Part shown: positions 26,423 through 35,866 of the stretch, piece after piece | How the letters are laid out: every line of letters starts with the position of its first letter | Position numbering within the stretch: the first letter of the stretch is position 1 | Origin: a bacterium | GTDB taxonomy: Bacteria; Elusimicrobiota; Elusimicrobia; UBA1565; UBA9628 | Assembly: GCA_021782205.1 (NCBI GenBank) | Contig: JAJXVH010000007.1 | Coordinates: 5,514 to 69,513, forward strand | Direction: 5' to 3' | Length of the DNA: 64,000 nt | Made by a program: the position numbers and the translations under genes | Notes under the pieces: generated by a model | Database searches by the model: none | The model's input: only the letters and a program-made list of their open reading frames with translations | What the model was told of the DNA's origin: nothing

Positions 26423-27432
26423 ACCTGCTGCTCTTTCTCTCCGATCGTTGCAATATGGCCTGCGGCTATTGTTTTCTGTCACTGAATGAGCATCCGACCA
26501 CGATATTGACCGAAGCCAGCGCCGTGAGCGCGGTCAGTGCGCATGCGGCTAGGTTCGGTTTCCGCGCCCGAGTGACCATCCTCGGCGGGGAGCCGCTGCT
26601 CCATCCGGAATTAATCCGGACGATTGTCCGGCGCACGCACCGTTCTGGCGCGAAGTTCACGCTGGTCACCAACGGCACGAAAATGGCGCCGAACGATATC
26701 GAGGGACTTCTCGACCTCGGCATCGAGGTCGTCGTCAGCGTGGATGGCGGCGCGCCGTCGCACGACCTACAGAGGCGATTTTTGGGCGGGGGACACACGC
26801 ATGATGTGATCGCGGCGTCCCTTTCGAGGCTCGACGTCAAGCGATTAAGGGCGAACCTCGTCGTTTCAGAGGCCACTGTCCCCGCTTTTCTCACCAATAT
26901 TGAGGCGCTGCGGGAGTTGGGCTTTCGCCGCGTGTCGTTTCACGCCGACGTCTTGAATTCCTGGAGCGAGGACGGCCTGCGCATTTTGGAGGGCGCCCTG
27001 TCGGGGTTCGTCCGCTACGTTCGCATCGTCGGCAAGTCTCAGAGCGGTTTGAGCTTTGCGCATCTGGATAGCTACCGCCGCTTGCGCAGCGGTCTTCCAG
27101 GGGACGAGGAAATCATTTTAGGCGCCGACGGTCGCTATTACCTCAGCGATGCCTGGCTGTCTTTGCCGTATGGTCGGGGTTTGGATGGGGCCGTCGGCGA
27201 CGCTGTCTCCGGCCCGGACTGGGCGCGGCGTCGCGCCCTGTTGGCGGCGGCAGACGCGGAAGTGGCTCGGGTGTTGGGACCGGAACCATATTACACCTGG
27301 CCCCGTGAAGCATGGCTTCTGGCCCGCATCTCGGGTCGCGATCCGGAGGCGGCGGTCAAGGCCTTTCACCGTGCGGATTCGCTGATCGGTCGGGCTCTTG
27401 GCGGGCTTGTTCGGGAGACGACGCTTGGCTGA
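26419..27432 (+). CDS. radical SAM protein, paralog of 19449-20552
   Basis: CNMACGYC, GGEPLL, TNG, SVDG; ATGA overlap. Confidence 0.87.
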   Translation: MNLLLFLSDRCNMACGYCFLSLNEHPTTILTEASAVSAVSAHAARFGFRARVTILGGEPLLHPELIRTIVRRTHRSGAKFTLVTNGTKMAPNDIEGLLDLGIEVVVSVDGGAPSHDLQRRFLGGGHTHDVIAASLSRLDVKRLRANLVVSEATVPAFLTNIEALRELGFRRVSFHADVLNSWSEDGLRILEGALSGFVRYVRIVGKSQSGLSFAHLDSYRRLRSGLPGDEEIILGADGRYYLSDAWLSLPYGRGLDGAVGDAVSGPDWARRRALLAAADAEVARVLGPEPYYTWPREAWLLARISGRDPEAAVKAFHRADSLIGRALGGLVRETTLG

Positions 27433-28672
27433 GGCTATTCCGTCGGAGCTTGCGACCCTGCCGAATTCCGGCGACTTTGCTTCGGCCTGTTCTTCCGTCG
27501 CGCTCCGTCTTGGACTCCGGGACCCGCGCGCCGATTTTGTTATACGCTCGCGCGATCCGCGACAGGATATGCAGTATGGGGAATCGTTGATTCTTGCTGA
27601 AGACGCGGCCCCCTATCGCCGCGCCAGTCGTATTTTAGCCCGCGCGCGCCGCCTATGGCCGCAATGTCCGGGGGCCTGGCTGGCCGCGGGCGCGACCGAA
27701 ACGATTTTGGCCCGCTTTCGCGCGGCGCTTCCTTTTCTGTCGAGAGCTTCGAGACTCGCTCCAGATTCAGAATGGGTCGCGGCTTGGCGCGGCGTCGCCT
27801 TCGCCCTGGACGCTCGCCGTCGGCGGGACGCCCGATTAGGTGTCGCCCTGACCGAACTCAACAAGGTCGTGACCCCCGGCACCGCAGTCGAATTCGCGGC
27901 TCCGTGGCGCGCGGAGTTGCTTCATGACCTTGACCGACATGACCTTGCGCTCGAAGACTTGGCGCGCATTACGCCGGCCAGCGCGTCGTGGCTTTGGTCC
28001 CGCGTCGAGCGCGGCGAAATTCTGTGCGAATCCGGGCGGGCCGACGAAGCCCTCCGGGAGTTCGATCGGCTGGTCGCGGAGTATCCGAAGGCGTCCTGGG
28101 CTTGGGCGCTGAGGGGACGAACCTTGGCCACGACGGGGCATGCCGCCAGGGGCCTGCGGGACCTGAACCGCGCGGTAGTGCTTTCTCCGAAATCCGCTGC
28201 GGCCCGCGCCTGGCGCTCGGAGGCGCTCCGACGCGTGGGGAGCTACCGCGCCGCGCTGAATGATTTGAACCGCGCGACGCGGCTCGATCCACATTTTACG
28301 TTGGCATGGATATGGCGCGGCCGCCTTCAATTGGCGCTGCGCCGACCCGAGCGCGCGTTATATGATCTTGACCGTGCCGTCCGACTGGACCGCCGTTATC
28401 GTCTTGGCCTGCTGTGGCGCGGGGAGGCCCTCTTCAAGCTGGGTCGAACGCGTGAGGCCGCGCGTGACTTTCGATTCGCGGCGCCGATGGATCCCAAGCG
28501 CGCCTGGACCTTTCCCGTGCACGAAGGGGTTGCGCCGGACTCGGCCGGGCGCGAAACGGCGTTTTGGGCGGATATGCAAAAGCGTGTAAAAAAGTCTCCG
28601 CACGATGCCTGGGCTCGTCGCATTCTGCGGGAGGCATTGCGGCGCGAATATTCATCAAGGAATCCCTCATGA
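27398..28672 (+). CDS. tetratricopeptide repeat protein
   Basis: repeated DLxRAxxLxP / AWxWRG units; start approximate. Confidence 0.8.
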   Translation: MAGLFGRRRLAEAIPSELATLPNSGDFASACSSVALRLGLRDPRADFVIRSRDPRQDMQYGESLILAEDAAPYRRASRILARARRLWPQCPGAWLAAGATETILARFRAALPFLSRASRLAPDSEWVAAWRGVAFALDARRRRDARLGVALTELNKVVTPGTAVEFAAPWRAELLHDLDRHDLALEDLARITPASASWLWSRVERGEILCESGRADEALREFDRLVAEYPKASWAWALRGRTLATTGHAARGLRDLNRAVVLSPKSAAARAWRSEALRRVGSYRAALNDLNRATRLDPHFTLAWIWRGRLQLALRRPERALYDLDRAVRLDRRYRLGLLWRGEALFKLGRTREAARDFRFAAPMDPKRAWTFPVHEGVAPDSAGRETAFWADMQKRVKKSPHDAWARRILREALRREYSSRNPS

Positions 28673-30315
28673 GAGGAGAGCTCGGAGTCGTCTTGGAACA
28701 GCGCAACGGTCCCGATGGGGGACGGAGAAGACGAGGCAAGGTCGCGGCGATGGCGGCCATGTCTGCGGGTCGCAGGCGCGTGGATGCGGGCGATATTCCC
28801 GGAGCTTTGCGACTTTTTGGAAAGGCCGTCGCGATCGATCCGAACTGCGCGCAGGCATATCTTTATCGCGCCGGTCTGCGGCTGCTTCACGGCGACCTCG
28901 ACGGCGCGTTGGATGATTTTCGCGCGATTCCATTCTTAGACCACTCTTTTCTTCCCGCCTATCGAGATTTGACGACCCTTTCAGCGGAAGAGTTTCCGCA
29001 GCTCATCTCTGCGGCGGAGTCGGCGGTCAAGCAAGACCCCGACTGTGCCTGGGCTTTGGTGTTCCGGGCCTTTTGCTTCCGAAGCTTAATGAAGTACGAA
29101 GACGCGATCAAGGATTTAAACCATGCGGTTGCCGTCGCCCCGCGCTCCCCGGCGCTCTGGGCCATTCGTTCCCGCGTAAAACTGACGAATCGGCAGGCCT
29201 TCTACAACGGCGTACGGGACATGGAGAAGGCCGTCGCGTTGGCTCCGGATTGGGGGTGGCTGCAGTGCTGGCTGGGAGAAGCTCTGCGTCATCAGGGACA
29301 GCATCGGCGGGCCCTCGCCGCGCTCGATCGCGGCCTAGAATTGGAGCCGGGCTATTTACGCGGCTGGGCATGGCGCGGCGGTGTGAAGAACGCTCTTCGA
29401 GATTATCGTGGCGCCATCGCGGACCTGGGCCGATCCTTGGATTGGGACCCGATCTACTCCTATGATTTCGAATACACCTACGATCAGAAATCGTGGGCAT
29501 ACAATCAACGGCAAATTGCGCGCCGCGGTCTCGGCGACGTTCGCGGCGCCTTGCGCGATCTCAACCGCGCGCATCGCTACGGTCCGCGCTACGCTTGGAC
29601 GTTCAGTCGCGATGGGCGCCCAGACGAGTACGCGTCAGGCGTCGCCGAATTGGACTCCTACCTCCGCAAGTCTCCCAAGGACGCCTGGGCGTGGGCTTGG
29701 CGCGGCTGGACTTTGCATCAGGCCCAGCGGGACGACGAGTCGATCGTCAGCCTGAACCGCGCGGTCGACCTCAACCGCTCCGCCTCGTGGCCCCGTGCCT
29801 GGCGCGGCAAGGTCTTGCTCGCGCAGGGGAAATTCGCCGCGTCCGTCTCGGACCTTTCCTGGGCGCTAAGGGTCGATCCAGACTACGCCCCGGCTTGGGG
29901 TTGGCGTGCGCAGGCGCGGCGCAGGATGGGCGACCTTCGTCGTGCCGCCGCGGACTTCGGCCGCGCGATCAGGGAAGACCACCGTGCGGCTTGGGCCTTA
30001 GCCGGGCGAGGTGAAGCGCGCCGCGGTTTAGGAGACTTGGACGGTTCGCTGGCGGACCTCGATCGAGCTCTCGGTATTCTGCCTGACTATGCCGAAGCGC
30101 TGGGTTGGCGCGCGGAGACGCGAAGACTGCGTGGGGATGCGGCGGGCGCGCTCGTCGACGCGCAAAGAGCTCTGAAGCTGCGGCCGGGACTTTCGCTGGT
30201 CTACGTCACCCGTGCGTTGCTTCGGGGCCAGGTCCGCGACTTCCAGGGTCAGGTCCGCGACATGCGCACGGCTCGGCGGCTATCGCCGGAACTATTCGCG
30301 GGGGGCGGCTCTTGA
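28669..30315 (+). CDS. tetratricopeptide repeat protein
   Basis: more than 10 TPR-like units; ATGA overlap at 28669. Confidence 0.85.
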   Translation: MRGELGVVLEQRNGPDGGRRRRGKVAAMAAMSAGRRRVDAGDIPGALRLFGKAVAIDPNCAQAYLYRAGLRLLHGDLDGALDDFRAIPFLDHSFLPAYRDLTTLSAEEFPQLISAAESAVKQDPDCAWALVFRAFCFRSLMKYEDAIKDLNHAVAVAPRSPALWAIRSRVKLTNRQAFYNGVRDMEKAVALAPDWGWLQCWLGEALRHQGQHRRALAALDRGLELEPGYLRGWAWRGGVKNALRDYRGAIADLGRSLDWDPIYSYDFEYTYDQKSWAYNQRQIARRGLGDVRGALRDLNRAHRYGPRYAWTFSRDGRPDEYASGVAELDSYLRKSPKDAWAWAWRGWTLHQAQRDDESIVSLNRAVDLNRSASWPRAWRGKVLLAQGKFAASVSDLSWALRVDPDYAPAWGWRAQARRRMGDLRRAAADFGRAIREDHRAAWALAGRGEARRGLGDLDGSLADLDRALGILPDYAEALGWRAETRRLRGDAAGALVDAQRALKLRPGLSLVYVTRALLRGQVRDFQGQVRDMRTARRLSPELFAGGGS

Positions 30316-31880
30316 GCGGGCGCGATCTTTTGACGGGTTTCGCCAAATCCGTGCTGGTGCACCGGCACGCATTTATTCCTTCGGTCGCGCGCAATACTCA
30401 AATCGGCCGCGGCGCACGTATGCCGGCCTCTTTCAACGAAGCCTACGGTGTTTCCGCGCCGGCGGACGTCGATCGGGCCGTTCATTCCGGCCGCTATATC
30501 GACCTAAAGCATCGGCTCCAGCAATGGTCGCGACGGGATCCGACCCGGCCAGAGCCCGAGGTCATGGCTGGGATTCTGGGGCTTTGGTCACGGACGCCGA
30601 AGAGTGGCGGGGCGCCGCTCGAATCGCTCATCAATCGATACGCCTCCCTTCGCGGGGTGCGCGCCTTGGAGCGGGCCGCACGACGATTTCACAGATGGCC
30701 GCCGGCGCGTTTGTGGCTTTCTCTGGCGCTTCTGAGACGTAATGAGCTGGTGGCGGCGCGGCGCGAGTTGCGCGAACTGATCCGGCTGCGCCCGGATTGG
30801 GTTTGGCCCGTCCTCGTGCGTTCGGAAGTGGAACGCGTGGATATTCGTTTTGATCAGGCGCTTCTTGATTTGGATCAGGCGGAGAGCCTGGAGCCGAAAA
30901 ATCCGTGGATCCACGCCTTTCGAGCGCGCGTTCTTTTTCAAATGAAACCAGGTCCCGAAGCCCAGGCGGCGATGGACCTCGCGGCCTTGCTGGGACCCGA
31001 GGAAGGCTGGATCCGCGCTTGGCGCGGCGACTCGCTTCGAAAGCGCGGCCGTCTGGACGAAGCCGCACGGGAGCTAAAAACAGCTCTGCGCCTTGATCCG
31101 GATTACGATCGCGCCTATCTTTGGCTGGGCAAGGTCCTGCGCGCGCGCGGCCGGCCGCTTCAGGCTGACCGAGTATTAACAAGCGGAATGAAAAAGTGCC
31201 CGCATTTCGAAAAGGCTTTCGCGGAAAGAGCCCGGGCGCGCTTTTCCTTGGGCCGCGTCGAGTCCGCCTTGCGGGATCTGGAAGCCGCAGCTCGCGTTAA
31301 TCATCGTCACAACTCGTTGCTCTCCTGGACAGCCGAACCAGAGCCTCTGGATGAGCAGCGCCGACGCATCCTGAAGCGTCTCGCTGTACATGCACGCTCC
31401 CACCCTCGTTCGGCGCGCGCGTGGGCATGGTTGGGGGAGGCCCTGGTTCAATCTGGCGAATACCAAGTCGGGGTGGAGTCTCTCAATTTGGCGCTGGAAC
31501 TCAGGCCGTCCCACGCGTGGGCTCTTGCGTGGCGGGGGGAAGCGTTCATGCGTCTGAACCGGCTTAAAGAGGCGGAACAGGATTTGTCCGCATCTCTGCG
31601 CATGGATTCTTCCTACGGCCGCGCCCACGCGTTTCGTGGGCGCGTGCGATTTTTAAGAGGCAAGCCTCGCGCCGCCATCATGGATATGCGTCGAGCGGTC
31701 GCGGATTCCATGATTGAATATTCCTGGATGTATCTTTGGCGGGCGGAAGCCTACGCGAGTCAGGGCGATTTTCGCCGCAGCGATGATGATCTCAAGACCG
31801 CCGTCGCGCTTGATGCATCCCTCGTCGAGCGAGCGCAGCGCCTTGCGCGTTTAATGCCCGCGGAGAAAGCCGCACCATGA
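30312..31880 (+). CDS. tetratricopeptide repeat protein, paralog of the N-terminus of 21672-25460
   Basis: shared CPHFEKA, NHR and EYSW motifs; TTGA overlap. Confidence 0.83.
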   Translation: MSGRDLLTGFAKSVLVHRHAFIPSVARNTQIGRGARMPASFNEAYGVSAPADVDRAVHSGRYIDLKHRLQQWSRRDPTRPEPEVMAGILGLWSRTPKSGGAPLESLINRYASLRGVRALERAARRFHRWPPARLWLSLALLRRNELVAARRELRELIRLRPDWVWPVLVRSEVERVDIRFDQALLDLDQAESLEPKNPWIHAFRARVLFQMKPGPEAQAAMDLAALLGPEEGWIRAWRGDSLRKRGRLDEAARELKTALRLDPDYDRAYLWLGKVLRARGRPLQADRVLTSGMKKCPHFEKAFAERARARFSLGRVESALRDLEAAARVNHRHNSLLSWTAEPEPLDEQRRRILKRLAVHARSHPRSARAWAWLGEALVQSGEYQVGVESLNLALELRPSHAWALAWRGEAFMRLNRLKEAEQDLSASLRMDSSYGRAHAFRGRVRFLRGKPRAAIMDMRRAVADSMIEYSWMYLWRAEAYASQGDFRRSDDDLKTAVALDASLVERAQRLARLMPAEKAAP

Positions 31881-33109
31881 GAGCTCTTTTCGCCGCAGAC
31901 GGCACCTCGCTCCGTCCGGGGGTGGGGGAGCGCTCGCCGTTGACGCGGTTTCGATCATTTCTGCGCCTGGATGAACAGCCTGATCCTCCGCTCATGATTC
32001 AAGGGGTGCGTCATGCCTGGGATGTCTTCGCGCTCCCGGCGGCCGAGCCGATCTGGTTTGAACGCTTCCTCACGCCGCAATTTCGTTGCGCGATGTCCGC
32101 CGTGGAAGGGTGCGAAGCTTATGCGGTTTTTTCCGCCGAAGACATCCCGGAGTCCCTTCGTTCCAAACCGTGGATGAGCCTGATCAAGAGTGTCCGGGAT
32201 TATTCATGCCTCGACCCGGATCAGCGCGTCGCTCTCCTGCGGGCTCTCGGAGCCCTCAGCCTCTATTGGGACGTGGAGCGATTGATTTCGCGCCATCCTT
32301 TTCCGGTGTCCGCCGCCGCGAGTTCCAAGGCGCGCCACGATCTAATTCGAGAGCGCGTGAGATTCCTTTTGCGCGAACAACGCCTGGGGCGGGATCGCAC
32401 TTTCGTATTTCTCGATATCGCGCGGCGGGCGCCGGAGGGCTCCCTGGAACGCCTCGAAGCGAGCATTTTCTTCCTTTCCCGCGCGCTGGAAAAAGGTGTC
32501 GACGCCGCTTCCCTCCGGCTCGGCCGGAGGCTGGCCGAGGAAACGTTGACCGCGGCACGTCGGAGATGTCCGCCATGGGAGTATGAGCGCTGGAACAGCA
32601 AATTCTGGCGGTGCGTCTCCTATGAGTCGTACCTGCGGGGGCGTCGTCGCGACGCCCGCCTTCAGTTGGATCGAGCGGAGCGCGCGGCCCGCGAATGCCT
32701 GAGACTGACTCCGTCCACCCAGGCGAAATTCGGCCTGGAGGATCTCTACGGAGTTCTCACGACGAAGGTATTGACGGAAATGAAGCTGGAGCAGCCTCGG
32801 CGGGCCTGGGGCATCGTTCAGGAACTGATCGTTCTCGATCCTGAAGGCGCTTGGCAAAGATATGAGGCGGCGAAAATTTGCTTCGCGCGTTCTGAATTGG
32901 AAGTGGCCGCCGAGCATTGCCGCGCGGCCTTGCGCTTGGGCCCGCCGCGGCGCGCGGACGCGGCACGGCTGCTGGCGGAATGTTGCGCGCGATTGAATCA
33001 GCCCGACGAATCTCAGCATTGGCATCATGAGGCCCGCCGATTCGGCGATGCCGAACGCTTTCAGGGGGGCGGCGCGCCCGGGTCGACGTCAAGGGGCGGT
33101 CGGCGATGA
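31877..33109 (+). CDS. helical/TPR-like hypothetical protein
   Basis: C-terminal TPR-like units; paralog of the next gene. Confidence 0.7.
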   Translation: MRALFAADGTSLRPGVGERSPLTRFRSFLRLDEQPDPPLMIQGVRHAWDVFALPAAEPIWFERFLTPQFRCAMSAVEGCEAYAVFSAEDIPESLRSKPWMSLIKSVRDYSCLDPDQRVALLRALGALSLYWDVERLISRHPFPVSAAASSKARHDLIRERVRFLLREQRLGRDRTFVFLDIARRAPEGSLERLEASIFFLSRALEKGVDAASLRLGRRLAEETLTAARRRCPPWEYERWNSKFWRCVSYESYLRGRRRDARLQLDRAERAARECLRLTPSTQAKFGLEDLYGVLTTKVLTEMKLEQPRRAWGIVQELIVLDPEGAWQRYEAAKICFARSELEVAAEHCRAALRLGPPRRADAARLLAECCARLNQPDESQHWHHEARRFGDAERFQGGGAPGSTSRGGRR

Positions 33110-34317
33110 GCGATCCGCGACGTGCTCCATCGGCCCCCGTCCGATATACGCGCGACTCGCCGGAATACGCGCAGTTCCGGCCATATTTGGCGCTGGAGCC
33201 GTCGGACAATGCGCCAATTCTCATCGAGGGCATTCTGCAGACCTGGTCTCAACTCGATAATAATACCTCGGGTCCTTGGTACGAGCGTTCTTTGCCCGCA
33301 GCCTTCCGCAGGGATTTCTTATGGATTCCCGGTTTGGAGGCCTATGCGACCGCTTCGGCCGATGCGATTGCGGTATCCATCCGCTCTGAGGCGTGGGAGC
33401 GCCTGCTCAAATTTAAACGGAGCTTTTCGAGTCTCGAGTTCAAACAGAAGATCGCGTTGCTCCGTCTCTTGGGCATGCTCGGTTTTTACCGCGACAACGC
33501 CGAATTGCTGCGCGGTGAGGGGGCGACGCGCGGGCCCTTGGACGTTCGGAAAGCGGAAATGGAATATCTGCGGGCCAACAACCAAGTCCTGCTGGACGAA
33601 CCAGGCCTTCAGCAGGATTATAGTGTGATGTATTCCGTCGCGGAGAGGGCGGCTCCCGGGACCGCGATAAGGTTCCTTGCCGCCGTCAAATCCATGACGC
33701 TCTACGCCGAGCATGGGCAGAATCACGAGCGCCTGCGCGCTGCGGAAAGAATCGCGAGCGAAACGCTGGCCCAGCAACGGACGCGGGTGCCTCCAAGCGC
33801 TTACCTGTCCATGGAAAGCCGCTACTGGCGAACCGTCAGCTATCTCCCCTTTCTCGACGGGGATGTTGCCGAGGTCGACCGGCGTCTAGATCGCGCGGAG
33901 GACTCGGCTCGGCGCGCGATGGCCGTCGGCTCGCTGGAAGAGGCCGCTTTTGCCCGCGATATCCTCTACGCGGTGCTGGCGACTCGAACGACGACCGACG
34001 TGCGCACGCGGCGTCACGCGCGCGCGTTGCCGCGGCTGGCGGAGATGGTCGCAATGGATCCTTGCGGCGCATGGCAACGACTATGGCGGGGCATCGTCTA
34101 TTTCGAGCTTGGCCGCCTAGAGGAAGCGCGCGAAAACCTCTTGATGAGCGTGCGTCTGGCGCCGCCAGGCCTCGGAAAAATCTGCGCTTGGCTTGACCGA
34201 TGCTTGGAGGGGTTGAACCGCCATGAGGAAGCCGCTCGATGGCGTAAACGCGCCGCGATGACGAGCCCCGCCGGGGCGACCGGCGCGGCGGTCGAGAGGG
34301 AGAACGGACGGCCATGA
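33106..34317 (+). CDS. helical/TPR-like hypothetical protein
   Basis: FRPYL, WYERSLP, SRYWRTVSY segments parallel 31877-33109. Confidence 0.7.
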   Translation: MSDPRRAPSAPVRYTRDSPEYAQFRPYLALEPSDNAPILIEGILQTWSQLDNNTSGPWYERSLPAAFRRDFLWIPGLEAYATASADAIAVSIRSEAWERLLKFKRSFSSLEFKQKIALLRLLGMLGFYRDNAELLRGEGATRGPLDVRKAEMEYLRANNQVLLDEPGLQQDYSVMYSVAERAAPGTAIRFLAAVKSMTLYAEHGQNHERLRAAERIASETLAQQRTRVPPSAYLSMESRYWRTVSYLPFLDGDVAEVDRRLDRAEDSARRAMAVGSLEEAAFARDILYAVLATRTTTDVRTRRHARALPRLAEMVAMDPCGAWQRLWRGIVYFELGRLEEARENLLMSVRLAPPGLGKICAWLDRCLEGLNRHEEAARWRKRAAMTSPAGATGAAVERENGRP

Positions 34318-35108
34318 ATTTGTTGCCGGCGCAAAAGCGCGCACTGATGTCGAAGGGATATGTACGGCTTCCCGCCGTCGCCGGACGGGCCCGAGTCGAC
34401 GCGGCGCTGCGGCAAATAAACCGCGCGATCGGTCGATCCTCTACATACGGCCGCAACGAAATGCAAAGCTCCGGCGCGGACGGAGTGTGGGAAGAACTCT
34501 CCCGGCATCCCGATATCGAATCTCTTTTTTTTGCGACGCCGGTAAAATCCATCGTGGAGTCATTGCTGGGAAAGCACTGCATCGATCCCGACCTTCAGCG
34601 CACCGCGTTGCTTCGTTTTCCGCAAGCTCACGGGGCTGTCGAACGTACGGCCTTCCATATCGACGGATTTGAATATGGCGGCGGCGCGGGCGCCCGCGCG
34701 GCACCTCCGCAAACGCACACCTTGGCCGTGGCTGTATTTCTCAGCGACACGCGCGACGAGGAGGCAGGAGGGCTGGGCCTTATCCCCCAATCCCACCGCG
34801 CGCTTGAACGCCATTTTCGCGCGCACCCTGAAGCGGTGGAAGCGCGGGAGATGCCGAGCATACGGTTGGCCAAGCCCGTGCGTTTACGTGCGCGGCCGGG
34901 CGACGCCTATCTTTATCATCACCAAGTGGCGCACAGCGCTTTTGCGTTCAGAAATCTCTCGCCGCGCATCATCTGCGCAGCGGTCTTTTGGGTCAAGCGC
35001 GTTGGCCACGACGCCGTCTGGAAGGAGACGCTGACGGACTTGTGGGGGGAGTGGCCGGGGCTACGGGCGCTTTCCGGTTCCGCGCGAAGGGGGCGAGTTC
35101 GGCGATGA
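34314..35108 (+). CDS. PhyH-family Fe(II)/2-oxoglutarate dioxygenase
   Basis: GYV, HIDG, VFLSD, PQSH, GDAYLYHHQVAH. Confidence 0.85.
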   Translation: MNLLPAQKRALMSKGYVRLPAVAGRARVDAALRQINRAIGRSSTYGRNEMQSSGADGVWEELSRHPDIESLFFATPVKSIVESLLGKHCIDPDLQRTALLRFPQAHGAVERTAFHIDGFEYGGGAGARAAPPQTHTLAVAVFLSDTRDEEAGGLGLIPQSHRALERHFRAHPEAVEAREMPSIRLAKPVRLRARPGDAYLYHHQVAHSAFAFRNLSPRIICAAVFWVKRVGHDAVWKETLTDLWGEWPGLRALSGSARRGRVRR

Positions 35109-35866
35109 GCCTCACGGATCGAAGCAAGCGCGAGTTTATACGGCGGGGTTATCTGACCCTGCGCGGAATCGTCCCGCGGATGAAAATCGGTCCCGCGCTA
35201 CGCGTTATTAATCAGAAGCTCGGCTCCGGTTCGAGGAAAGGCGCCAGCCCCGAGCATGTGCCGTTTTTCTCCGATCTGTTCAACTCCCCGGAACTGATGT
35301 CTCTATTGATGGAGACGAAGCTTTGGCCTGTCGTCGAGAGTCTCCTTGGTCCTGGATGCGCCCAGCGTCCGCAAGCCGAAGTCACGCTGGGCTTCCCGAA
35401 CATGGACGCCTCCGCTCATTTTAACGCCAAGGAGCTTCACATCGACGGGCTTCCGGACAAGGGCCGCCGTGAGACCTATACGCTGAACGTCGGCGTATTT
35501 CTCAGCGACGTTCCCGGTCCGAACATGGGTAATTTCAAGGCATGCCCCGGATCGCACCTGTGGGTTGCCGAGCATGCGCGTCGTTTCGGGCCTTATGGCA
35601 TTAACCCGGCGTTGAGGGACCTGCGCGGCACCGCCGGAGAAACCGATGAGCTCATCGCGCGTGCCGGCGATGCGGTGGTTTGCCACTACAATCTTGTTCA
35701 TGCGCGCCAGTGGAACGCCTCGCCGCACATTCGCTATGCCGTATTTTTTCGCGTCTATGCGAAGGGGCACCTCACACGATGGCAATACGTGATGCGAGAA
35801 CCCTGGGTCGAGTGGGCGGGGCTGGCCCATCTTCGGCCGAAGAACGCTGGGAGCACTGCGGACTAG
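35105..35866 (+). CDS. PhyH-family Fe(II)/2-oxoglutarate dioxygenase
   Basis: GYL, HIDG, VFLSD, PGSH, GDAVVCHYNLVH, IRYAVFFR. Confidence 0.87.
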   Translation: MSLTDRSKREFIRRGYLTLRGIVPRMKIGPALRVINQKLGSGSRKGASPEHVPFFSDLFNSPELMSLLMETKLWPVVESLLGPGCAQRPQAEVTLGFPNMDASAHFNAKELHIDGLPDKGRRETYTLNVGVFLSDVPGPNMGNFKACPGSHLWVAEHARRFGPYGINPALRDLRGTAGETDELIARAGDAVVCHYNLVHARQWNASPHIRYAVFFRVYAKGHLTRWQYVMREPWVEWAGLAHLRPKNAGSTAD

